From Octopus sinensis (Eukaryota): a stretch of DNA of 63,760 nt. Under the pieces are notes generated by a model that was given only the letters and a program-made list of their open reading frames with translations, had not been told where the DNA came from and did not search any database. The stretch covers positions 1 to 63,760 of the forward strand of contig NW_021831860.1 of the NCBI RefSeq assembly GCF_006345805.1, written 5' to 3'. Both the position numbers and the translations under genes were made by a program. Shown here in pieces: positions 39,486 to 50,699 of the stretch; within the stretch, counting starts at the first letter, position 1; every line of letters begins with the position of its first letter.

Positions 39486-39506
39486 ATCTAAACTAACAAA
39501 ATTTCA

Positions 39507-40807
39507 ACCCTAACCCTGAACATTTTCTCCTTAACCCTAAACATTTTAACCTTAACCCTAAAAAAAATTTTAACCCTAACCCTAACATTTTAACCTTAAC
39601 CCTAAACAAAATTTTAACCCTAACTATCAAAATTTTCTCCTTAACCCTAACATTTTAACATTAACCCTAAACAAAATTTTAACCCTAACCCTAACATTTT
39701 AACCTTAACCCTAAACAAAATTTTAACCCTAACCATCAAAATTTTCTCCTTAACCCTAACATTTTAACATTAACCCTAAACAAAATTTTAACCCTAACCC
39801 TAACATTTTAACCTTAACCCTAACCCTAACATTTTAACCTTAACCCTAAACAAAATTTTAACCCTAACCATCAAAATTTTCTCCTTAACCCTAACATTTT
39901 AACATTAACCCTAAACAAAATTTTAACCCTAACCCTAACATTTTAACCCTAACCATCAAAATTTTCTCCTTAACCCTAACATTTTAACATTAACCCTAAA
40001 CAAAATTTTAACCCTAACCCTAACATTTAACCTTAACCCTAAACAAAATTTTAACCCTACCCTAACATTTTACCTTAACCCTAAACAAAATTTTACCCTA
40101 ACCCTAACATTTTAACCTTAACCCTAAACAAAATTTTAACCCTAACATTTTAACCTTAACCCTAAACAAATTTTAACCCTAACCCTAACATTTTAACCTT
40201 AACCCTAAACAAAATTTTAACCCTAACATTTTAACCTTACCCTAAACAAAATTTTAACCCTAACCCTAACATTTAACCTTAACCCTAAACAAAATTTTAA
40301 CCCTAACCCTAACATTTTAACCTTAACCCTAACCCTAACATTTTAACCTTAACCCTAAACAAAATTTTAACCCTAACCCTAACATTTTAACCTTAACCCT
40401 AAACAAAATTTTAACCCTAACCCTAACATTTTAACCTTAACCCTAAACAAAATTTTAACCCTAACCCTAACATTTTAACCTTAACCCTAAACAAAATTTT
40501 AACCCTAACCCTAACATTTTAACCTTAACCCTAAACAAATTTTAACCCTAACCCTAACATTTTAACCTTAACCCTAAACAAAATTTTAACCCTAACCCTA
40601 ACATTTTAACCTTAACCCTAAACAAAATTTTAACCCTAACCCTAACATTTTAACCTTAACCCTAAACAAAATTTTAACCCTAACCCTAACATTTTAACCT
40701 AACCCTAAACAAAATTTTAACCCTAACATTTTAACCTTGACCCTAAACAAAATTTTACCCTAACCCTAACATTTTAACCTTAACCCTAAAAAAATTTTAA
40801 CCCTAAC
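39507..40807. repeat. Telomere-derived satellite, ~44-bp unit AACCCTAAACAAAATTTT-AACCCT-AACCCTAACATTTT-AACCTT, about 1.3 kb
   Basis: Tandem array seen directly, built from TAACCC and variants. A variant subunit AACCATCAAAATTTTCTCCTT is confined to the left third. Confidence 0.97.
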
Positions 40808-42857
40808 AAAATGATTTTCATTATGTAATAGCTTTAATTCAATATATTAGCTTACTTTGATAGTTTTTAGCTTAAGTTCTCTCTCTTCCGAACAAAAAAA
40901 ACGAAGATTTTTGTTATTCTTTACAAAATATGCCTTTTCGTCAACAAAATTAAAAAAAATTGCGATTTTTTAAGGCGATACTTTTCTCTTTGTCCATATT
41001 GGAATCAATTAATATACTATTCTTAATATCACTGATTATTTTCAATTCTTCTCTTGTTAAATCCACTAGAACCATTATGCACGCGTGTAATTAATTAAAT
41101 AAATTAAGGTTTTTATTAATTTATATATTTATTTTTTTTTTAGTGGAGAAATTAAAAAAAAAATAAATTTTATTATAATCTGAGCATGTCGGTCCAAAAT
41201 AAAACCTGGTCCAAAATAAAACCGGTCACAATGCTTAATTACTTAAAATTTTCTGGATAAAAGTTGTTCTTATTCAAAATTTAATTTACACAAAAGATTG
41301 ATTTTATTTCTCAAATTGGCCATTTCTCGAATTGACCACAAAAACACGTGGAACCAAAAATGGCCAATTTCAGAGGAGTCACTGTATTATCAAAAAATTT
41401 TTATAACCTTAAAAAAATGTACAAAAAATCAGATATGAATTCCTTCATTCTCGAATTACTGTCAAAAACCCACGGAATAGACGACAAAATTGAATACTAC
41501 AAAATAGTACACAACACTGAAACAGTCCCACATGGTTCTACTAATTCAAATATTTTATTAGAATTACTTGAAAAACGTGAAAAAATTAGCACTGTACTCA
41601 CCTTCTGTACCCTATTCGCAGCCATTTCCAAATTCAAGATTGAAATTAACGGCAGCACGTGAGCTCATCAACTATCAATTTTAGGGTCCCCAGCATGATT
41701 TTCAGCAGATTGCAGTCAGAATTTGATGTAGCCATTTTGTGACTATTTTTAGACTGATTTCCCCAATTTGTTGTGTTTTTCCTTTGATTTTGTCCAATTC
41801 AAGTTTGATATTGGCAAATACGAGGAGGCCTACCTCCAATTGGAGTTACTTCACCCACTAGTAGATTCTTTGCATGTGTTTTAGATGCTTATGTTGATTC
41901 TGCCCGGTATGTGAAGGGTTTTTAAGGTAAGCTGTGCTGTGCGGTTCTTTTGGGTAACTTCAGTCGGGGTGAGACACACCTGGCTGAATTGAGGCAGGTT
42001 TTATCACAGGTTTGGGTTGTGGAATAAGGTTAGTCTAAAGTCAGTTTTGTGAGGGCATTTAATGATCATTTGTGGCTGCTGAATTGGTTGTTGTTTGTTT
42101 ATTTCCGTTCTGTTGAGTCACTCACAGTTTTTTTGTAAGCTGTTTTTTGAGGGAATGTTGATGGAACTGACTGAAGATTAGTTTTTGGATGGTGTTGTGA
42201 ATCGGTCTTCTTATTTGGTTTGTTATTTGGCTGTGGATGTTGTTGTGTCTCGAAATGACGACAATTTTGAACGTCTTTTGGAACTGATTGTTGATTTTGT
42301 GTTTTTGAGTATTAGAAGCAAATGATTGACAAGGATTGTATGTCCTCGTTTGTGCTTAGGTTGGTGGGGGATTTGGATTTGGTTTCGATGGCAAGGGACC
42401 TCAATGACTGTCGGGAAGTTGATTTGTTTTTTATAAATTTTCAGATCATAAAATTGGATTATTTTGTGAGTAATTTTGCAGATTTGTTTTATAAATATTC
42501 CTGTCTATTAATTTTGAAGAGAATTCTAAAAATAATGTTTTGTTTGTCGATAAAGTTTGTTTGACACAATGTTTATATATTTGTAGTAATTTCATGACTT
42601 TGTTTGAAATTGATGGGGTTGAATTGGACAGAATGGTTCAGGAATTGGACTCGAATATGAACGTGAGAATTAAAGTCAACTATAAAAATGTTTTTTGGGT
42701 TTTATTGATATTAAGGATTCATTGTCTTCTACTGTTGTCGCAGAATCGGTTGATATTACCCTATATAAGAAATTGGATGCGGTTGTGGCCAAAATGCAGA
42801 AGTTAGTTATCGAATGATTTTTTGTTTTTCAAATTTTTATTTATTATAAGCAAATTA

Positions 42858-44621
42858 TGTGACAGTCCGAATAAAATACACGCCGAATAATCTACACTTG
42901 TCACAAATGGCTGAAAAAATTAGAAATCTAAAAATTAGTATGAAAAAAATCAATAATTGATTATTTATTTTAGTAGAATCACATTATTATTTTTTATTTA
43001 AAAAAGCGTGAAACATGCGTGTAGTGAGATTATTTAAGGAAACACTGGACAAAATCAAAGAAATGAAAGACTCCAACTTTGATACATCGTCAATCGAGCG
43101 GCATGAGCGATACAGGCTCATGGAAAAACATATTTTCGAAAAAATGGGCTTAAATTGCGTTTTTTCTGTGAAGATGAAATCGAATTAAAGCTTAAGTGCG
43201 TTGAGGTCCAACTTAATAAATAAAATTTAGGCGGAACATAACTATAACCACTTTGGGAGAGACCGGCTTTTTTCGAAATTAAGAAATCTCTATTATGGAT
43301 TGAATAGAGAAGAAATCTCTAAGGTGATTTCGAATTGTGCTTTCTGTCAGGTAATAACTCCTTTTAGTAAATATTCTTAGTCGAAAAAATTATTGTCTAC
43401 GAAGCCTCCGATTACGCCAATCATTGCAAGGAGATGTAGGGACAGATACATTGCGGATTTAATTGACCTCAGAAGATATTCGGCGTTGAATGATGGCTTT
43501 AGCTGGGTATGAATTTAATGTTAATAAATAGATTTTGGTAATTGTGGATTCTTTTTCCAAATATGTAATGCTTGAACTGTCGGTGACCAAATCTTCTGAA
43601 GAAATCGCAGATTTATTCCAAAGAATTTTTTATTATGTCGGGCCTCCGCTTATTCTACACACTGATAATGGAAGGGAATTTTGCAATTCGCAAATGGATG
43701 CTCTATGTACGAAATATGGTATAAAACATGTACGTGGGAGGCCTCGTGCTCCTTGGGTACAAGGGCAAGTCGAAAGGAATAATGATTTAAAATCGATTTT
43801 GATTAATCAAAGCATAAAACGCTGGATATCGTCGGCAAGTTCTTCTCAAAATTGTTTTGGACGATATCGCGAATGCATAAAGGACATCGTGTATGATTAC
43901 AATAACAGCATTCATTCTTCGACAAAAAAAATCCCTTTTTATATATTCATGGGTGTTGAAAATCCTGGAAGGATTGATGAAGGGGGAATGGAGCAACTTT
44001 TAGCCTATGATTCAACTGGATTATCAGAGGCACGAGAAAGTGCATTAGAAAACTTAATTATTGCTGGCGAAAAAATGATTGAAAAAAGAAAATGGAGATA
44101 CGACGAAGAAAATATCAATGTCGGAACGACTGTGCTTTTAAGGTCTCAAGCGTCAAATTAATTTTTAGACAGGACAACGATGCCAATGTTCGGCAGTATC
44201 CGCTGTACGATGGACTTGATGTTATAAGTATATTGTTGTCGAGCGAAGAAATGATCTCTATGTTATCGAAAAGGAGGACGGTGAGCGGTTACACGGAATT
44301 CATATTTCTCGATTAGCTAAAATTGATTAATTTTCATAAATCCATAATAAAAATAATTTTTTATTTAAATTAACGATAAATTTTATATGAAAATTTTATT
44401 AGGATAACCTAAAATGGAATAACAATATTCAAACGTATAAGTTAACTGCGTAAATTGAGTGTGGTTGGTTTTGTTTATATAAATTAGTAAAAAAGGTTAA
44501 TGAATTTTACATTAAAAATCATATTTTTAATAATAATTAAACATTTTGTTGTGTAAATTTTTAATTTCAGTAAAATTAAAGAATGTAATTATTCGGCGTG
44601 TATTTTATTCGGACTGTGACA
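42858..44621 (+). mobile_element. Ginger2/TDD-like DNA transposon (HHCC plus rve integrase) with micro-introns
   Basis: About 34-bp TIR TGT(G/C)ACAGTCCGAATAAAATACACGCCGAATAAT with 5-bp TSD AATTA. Motifs HNYNHFGRD..CAFCQ, IADLID, LHTDNGREF and QGQVER. Introns at 43206-43230, 43351-43380, 43507-43531 and 44143-44168. Confidence 0.92.
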
Positions 44622-44989
44622 AATTATATTTTCATTTTATTAAAATTAAAAAATTTAGTTCTTAGAACCTGATAAAATTTTTGATAAATTTTGTGGTTGG
44701 TTTAGTAATTTGCAAAAAATGAGACAATTGGCTATAAGGTGTTGGAATTTTATATGAATTGTGTATGTGACTCTCATAATCATTTTACTTATTCTGTATT
44801 AATAATTCATAGTATCCTTTTATTGTCATCAACTTTTTTTTGTTTAATTCATCTTTAATACTTGAACTTTACATAAACGTTTTTTTTGATTTTTTAATCT
44901 GGTTTCTTTTTGGTGTGAAACTAGAGTACTGCTAAACTGTACTGCTAAAGATAATTATTGATAAGATCGATAACCCAGTGTATGTTTTG

Positions 44990-46278
44990 TGATGCAATTT
45001 TTTCTAATTCAAATTTGAAACCATCAAACTTGAATAGGATGAACATTAATGCTTCTGACAATCTAAACTCTTGTAGACTTCCCGCAATCAAACCAATAAT
45101 TTTGACGATTTCCAACACTGGATGAAATCGTTATTACATCAAACCCGACTTTTGATAAAATTATTTAAAAAATCAACAATCATCTTGAATCTCTAAATCT
45201 TTTATTTGATAGACAATCTAAAATATTAAAAATTCGGATACCTGGATTTTTAACCCATTTGTTTCAAAATAAAGAATATGGACGACAGAGGAGTTAAAAA
45301 AGTGATTGAAATGTAAGCTCGTTGTAAAAAATTAATTTTTGGGCTTTCGAACCATACAAAAAATACTCGAAGTTATGGTTCCATTTGCGGCGATGTGAAT
45401 CTGAATTCTTTATGACTGAAAGCTTTGACATGGGATGGAGTTGTCTCGAAGTTCTTTAAAAGTCACATACTCCATATTTTCCAAAAATCCATATTTTTGC
45501 TTACATATTTTTTTGCAAATTGTAAACGGTTTCTTTTGTACCTTTTTGACAATAACGGTTTCCTTCGAAGTATCAGCCATATAAATTGCATTCATGTAGT
45601 CTCCTTTTTATTGTAGATTTTGATATTTTAATAACAGAATAAGATCCAATTGTTTTGCAATTGCAGATGAAGATTCTTGGATTTTTTTCAGCAGAAAGTC
45701 TGATTAGACGGATAGATCTGATAGATAACTTCTTCGGTCTCCTCTTTCTCGATTTAAAAATGCCGTTTTATTCCGTTTTTCGGTATTTTTGTACAATCTT
45801 ACCAACGGTGTTCTTGCTAATCTCAAGTTTTTTTGGCAATTTTTTTGTAACCATAGTTGTCCTCGTGTATGGAAATAATACGATTTTTAATATCTGAGAG
45901 AGATCAACATTACGAAAGTTCATGTTAATTATTTTGACAATAAGATAATTATTTAGTTAAATAATTACTTTAAAAAAAAAAAACATAAACTAAAAATAAA
46001 AATATTTTTGTATATTAAATAAAACTTTATTAGGTAATTTTAAAGCAAACAGATGTTGAATTTGTTAAGGGTGTACTATTTATGGACCATTAGAAATTCA
46101 TTAATTTTTTAAAAATATGTATAATTAAATTCATTTCGATTTTCTATAAAATGAAAAATTCATTAAACTCTAAAACAGATATAATTCACAAAAAAATAAT
46201 AAATAAATGTATTATTTTAGCAGATATAAGATTTTTTTGACAAAAAAACAAGGGGTGTAATATTTTTGGACCATACTG
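44990..46278 (-). mobile_element. Degenerate Tc1 element, one TIR visible
   Basis: TA|CAGTATGGTCCAAAAATATTACACC end at 46278. Broken minus frames give an HTH (LEISKNTVGKIVQKYRKT) and KKPF-type motifs. The left boundary is unclear. Confidence 0.65.
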
Positions 46279-47574
46279 TAAATAAGTAGTTATCTATTGA
46301 AGAAGGAACATCCAGCAGGCTGTGCTATAGAGTACGCTGGAGAGTATGCAAATTGAACACAGCTATGGAATGGGATAAAGGTAGAAAACAAAGAGTATGC
46401 CTCTGCCGCCAATCAACTTGCAAGGCTGGCATTCCGTGACGACATTCAGCTAACAAAAACCTTGACACAGAAATGAAAAAGAAAAGCGATTTTACGGTAA
46501 ACTCTTCTTTTAAGGGAAAAAATTAATCATTATTTATGAAAGCCAGAAAATTAATTAAATTTTGGTGTAACATCACATTTGACTTGTTAGCCTAAACACA
46601 AAGTCACAAAAGACGAATTATTTCGAGTTTAAAGTAGTTCTTTCCAAGCAATAGTGGTGGCATCAATAGACTACGTCCCAGCCACATTAAAAACCTATTA
46701 TCTTCCCGATGTACTTCTGTGAGAAAGAATCTTAGCGATGCTCTATGTAATGGATCTCTTTCTATAAGGATCTTTATCTAATGTTTCCCGTTCTTTGTTT
46801 TTTTCTAGGAACATGACTGCACTGTATAAAAAACGGCGGAATTAGACAAATATCTGTTGGTAATGTATTTAGAAAGCTGGTCTCAAAAATTGCGTGTGGA
46901 AGATCTATTTTTTTCCCACAAATTTTTTAAAACTTTCAACTGGGGTTTGGATTCAAGGATGGCTGTGAAACTTCTGTCCACGTTGTAAGGACTTTTTCGA
47001 TTTTTCCCACCTATCTTATTCAAATTCCATCGTGGTAAAACTTGATATGAAGAACGCATTTAATTGTATTGACCATGCATGTTTTCTAAACGAATGTCGG
47101 CTCAACATTCCTGACTTATCGCCCTTCGGCGTTCGTTATCCATTCAGGTGAAACCTTAAAAAAGTTAAAAAAATTATTACAGGGGAAGAGTTGCTGTTCC
47201 AGTTTATCTCTGGTCTCCTATTTGCATTTTCTCTCAAAAGTTTTTTCAGGTGCTAAATAAAATAAATTAAACAAATAAAAACACTGGTGGAGGTTGAACC
47301 ATTAAAGAAATTCGCGATAATTCACATAATATAAATTCTAATCGACGATACGTTAATAATAATGGCGCACGTTATTCATTTTCCTAGATAAACTTATTGA
47401 ATCTCTTGACGGCCCTTTTATTGAATTTTTATAAGAATTCTGTAAAGCAATGCACAAAATACTGGTCTGAAAATATTATTAAAATTGTGATTCTATTGGT
47501 TTAACATAAAAATTAAAAGGTTCACAGCTTATTTTATAGGGGTCAAATCTACAAAATGCTTTTATAATCTAGTT

Positions 47575-48030
47575 CAGCGGTTCTCAACCTTTTTTAGACT
47601 AGTGACCACTTTTGCACCATAAAATTTCTAGTTTATTGAAGTCGAAATATTCAAATCATTGGTTATCAAAAATCCAAAACAAAAAATATAAAAGTAATGT
47701 ATGTTATTCCGATTTTGTGCGATTTCGTCCGAGAACTTGTTTATGATTAATGCAACGAAATATGAAAAATAATTAAAGATGAATATACGCCTGACGATTG
47801 GTTTTACGTCGGAATTTCGTACCTTCTACCAAAAATGGATGTATGTAGTTCACCCAATGATCTGTAATCAATTATGTGCATGCTACAGGTTATTAATGCC
47901 TGTTAAAGAGGTAACTCGTGAATCTAGACTGTGTGATGACATGAATCTGGTCATCCGTGCAGTGAACGTAAGCTTTAAAAGAATATGGTTGATGTACAAA
48001 ATACATCAAATTACTTAAACAGAAGCTAAA
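47575..48030 (+). mobile_element. hAT (Charlie-like) end plus transposase remnant
   Basis: CAGCGGTTCTCAACCTTTTT terminus preceded by ATCTAGTT, then a weak C..HR...K...VIRAVN-like remnant. Confidence 0.55.
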
Positions 48031-48102
48031 AATGATTTAATTTTTAATTCAATCTGTGATTTAAATGTTAGATAACAAATCCACAAGTCTTTAGTAAAAC
48101 AA

Positions 48103-49025
48103 TTAAAATTCCAAGCCGTAAATGAAATTATCAATCATTTCCAAAGCATCCTGGGGTTGATTTGCGGGAACCATATATCCAGCACTCCTGACGACAACCT
48201 GGTACGCATTTAGATAATTGCGCACACATCCATTTACCACCCTCGACTCTCCCTGCGAGTACCAAATCCATTGGGCGGAATGCATGAATGAATCCTTCGC
48301 TAACCAATCCATTTTTGATAAAAACTCGGACGTCATCGGAAACGGAACAGTCAAGTCGAGTTGGCCGTTAAAAAAGAAACATTTATAGCTATTATTAATG
48401 ATTGTCTGGACCAGTGGAGTTACAGACTGCATAAAATCTTCCACCAATGCCATCTCCACACGTTTACTGTCATTAAACGTTTTCTTCCCCACATTAAGCA
48501 TCCGTCCATTTTTGAAAAGCCACTCTTCGTAATAAGTCGGCTTTACCTAACATCTAATCATAATACTTCATTGGCAATGTAATTGAAATAATTTCTCAGT
48601 CCAGTCAGATTGAAGAAAAAAGTGAGGTAAGGAGTCAAATCCCCGTTTATAACCCGGTCAGAGTGCGTTAACTTCCTACTCACGACAAACCTCAAAGGCT
48701 TGTCTGTAGTCGTTCCGATCGATGCTCTCTCGAATCATTATTCTGTATTCGTCAAACGGACTGATGAGACCAAGGTTGTACAAATACGTTCCATAGTTCA
48801 CCATCTGATAATGGGAGATCATAACTCATTAAGTTGTAAGGGTCACACAGACCGTTCCCAATAATTACTTTTTTCAGATTGATGGGACTTGAGGAATATA
48901 AGTTCATTTCGTGAATGGCACTTACCATCGCAGGGACATATTTCGCAGCATATGACTCCCCCGTTACATAAAACTGATTTTCTCTCAACTCGAGAAATAA
49001 CGTGAAAAATTGTCGAGAAAAGCTG
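48103..49025 (-). pseudogene. Serine carboxypeptidase S10 (CPVL/venom-SCP-like), 3' two-thirds, disrupted
   Basis: QFFTLF.ELRENQFYVTGESYAAKYVP, IGNGLCDP, FNGQLDLTVP and VVRSAGYMVPANQP. Frames are broken, the catalytic His reads Tyr, and no 5' exons were found. Confidence 0.85.
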
Positions 49026-49109
49026 TCATGGTTTCAGTCTAGGCTTGGTTTTACTCTCGGCTCGCGACATAATATTTCTCTAAAATACTAATTGTTAATA
49101 TTAATGTAC

Positions 49110-49500
49110 GGACCTTAGCAGATTAAACGTTTTTCATATAAATAAATTGAAAAAAATTGTTGGTATTAAATGGCCACAGATTATCAAAAACGACTCTACA
49201 AATTATGTAGATTCAAGTTAACCTCACGTTGGAGACTTTTTGGAAATGTAGTGAGAATGGACGAAATGATTCCTTGCTATCAAATCATAAAAGACTATTT
49301 CTTTAATCATGGATTTGGATTTCGGAGTCGGCAAAGATGGACGCTTCCCTTCCGCCTGAGTGATTACGATTACGCGTAAATTGGTGGCCATCTCAAAACT
49401 GGTGACGATTTTGAGGATATTCGTAAACACGCGAGGAACAATGCTAGATGGAAAGGATTAGGTGGGAGGATAGTCAAAAGTACGCCACATGCGAAACTTT
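49110..49500 (+). mobile_element. RTE-like LINE 3' remnant
   Basis: RWRLFGNVVRM...P.YQ...YF....FRSRQR.TLP. Confidence 0.6.
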
Positions 49501-49519
49501 ATGGACTTACGTACTTATG

Positions 49520-50090
49520 GCAAAGCGGAAGTGCTATTAACTAGCTAAGCGTCCATTTAACCGACTTTGACATATTTTATAGATTTTAATTCCGTAACGG
49601 CGGATTCTTCTTACGACATTATATTATTGGATGGCAAGACTGATTCAATCTTTTGTCTTGACTCTATTCCGAGTATTAATAAGACCATTTCCAATGCGCA
49701 TAGTTTAATCAAATCTTCTCCGGCTGTGTGTGGCTTTTTAAACTTTATGAGATGCAAGCAAAATCGGTTTATCCAGATATACGAATCCTAAGTAAAAAAG
49801 AGTCACTTGCGAATCATATCGAGCTCTCTTGATTTTTAGAGATTTGATATCATTGTCGTTACTATTAGTTCCACCATGTGTATTTAAAAAGTGCTGTTCC
49901 AGTTTGAAAGGTTCCATATTCTGGTTAAAGAATATAGCCTTACATAAGAAACATTTGGCCCTTTGCAGATCATCGATTTTGGTATATGTAAACTCAAAAC
50001 GGACATAATCATCATTCCACTTTTTCTTTTTGATAACAAAAAAGTATAAATTTTTTTTTGGTATCTGCCAATGACAATTTTTCTCTTAAT
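49520..50090 (-). mobile_element. hAT (Buster/Charlie) transposase N-terminal remnant
   Basis: BED-like KCFLCKAIFFNQNMEPFKLEQHFLNTH and KPHTAGEDLIKLCALEMV. Confidence 0.75.
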
Positions 50091-50699
50091 GAGATTTATT
50101 AATTATTTATTAATAAGCACACCTAAAAACACCGTTAATGAAGTTATCTCGCTTGTGCCACCCTCTCCTGGATGTTAATCGTCTTCAGTTCCCCTGTTTC
50201 TTGACAGTTTTCCCAGGAGCTCAAAATCGTCTGTCGATTTCAGCCCTTTTACATCAAGGTTAGGTTTTGATGTAGAAAAGTTGAAAGCGTTGTCTTCCCC
50301 TGAAGGTCGATCCCTGATGAAGAGCGTAGTGGTGTTTCATCGCTAGATTAGCTGCAGTGTTCCTGTCATTCTTAAGATGTGACCCAATAAGCCCCAATTG
50401 TTACTTTTTATTTCTTTGTCCAGTGCGTGTTTATTGTAATAGAAGTAGAGGTATTTGTTTGAGATGTGTTTTTGCCGGAATATTCTTTAAATGTATCTAT
50501 GCTGCTAATCGCTCTGGAAAGAATAAAAGCCTTACTACATTGATATATCGGACCTAGCCAAAGTCGATTTGTCTCTGGAAGATCAACTTTCCATGCCGTT
50601 TGGATCTACAAATGGATGGGTGCATGATGTCAAAAATATATGGTGTACCACACAACAAAGTCGGTTGTCAAAATAATATGAAACTTGGGGGGGTAATAA

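Larger units (their letters stand above)
35013..41230 (-). mobile_element. Ginger2/TDD-like element, internally deleted, second layer of the nest
   Basis: About 40-bp TIR TGT(C/G)AC..GTTT.ATTTTGGACCAGGTTTTATTT(T)GGACCGA with 5-bp TSD ATGCT (35008-35012, 41231-41235). The integrase N-terminus at 41075-40808 (MVLVDLTREEL..EKYRLKK..ELKLKTIK|LLHNENHF) is homologous to the element at 42858. Confidence 0.85.
33350..41384 (+). mobile_element. pogo/Tigger-family element, outer layer of the nest
   Basis: 20-bp perfect TIR CAGTGACTCCTCTGAAATTG with TA on both sides. HTH start in ORF 33497 (LTFYQKIQIL..LADRF...ISRKTINNI) and a pogo C-terminus (LTLKDTVIFVKMTWEDVSEKTIANCF). Confidence 0.92.
33249..42817 (+). 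pseudogene. EIF3E: Divergent eIF3e (INT6) pseudogene split by an 8-kb nested insertion in intron 1
   Basis: Exon 1 FDRHMSIRIIKYYSELN|gt resembles human FLDRHLVFPLLEFLSVKE. It resumes at 41417 with MYKKSD..LELLSKTHGID..PH|ELLEKR, then FKFDIGKYEEA, GKL, WLLNWLLFVYF and a PCI-like end. Lesions are ATA at the presumed start (33249), an exon-1 frameshift, no AG before 41417, TAA at 41923 and TAG at 42179. Confidence 0.8.

Noticed and set aside
39507-40807. A true telomere or chromosome fusion point
   Set aside because: The array is a complex 44-bp unit in one orientation. It is enclosed by matched TIRs and TSDs, and eIF3e continues on both sides.
41923-42181. Stop-codon reassignment (TAA/TAG read as sense) to rescue eIF3e
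   Set aside because: Intact genes end in TAA or TGA and show no internal stops in the exons traced. The eIF3e copy also has frameshifts.
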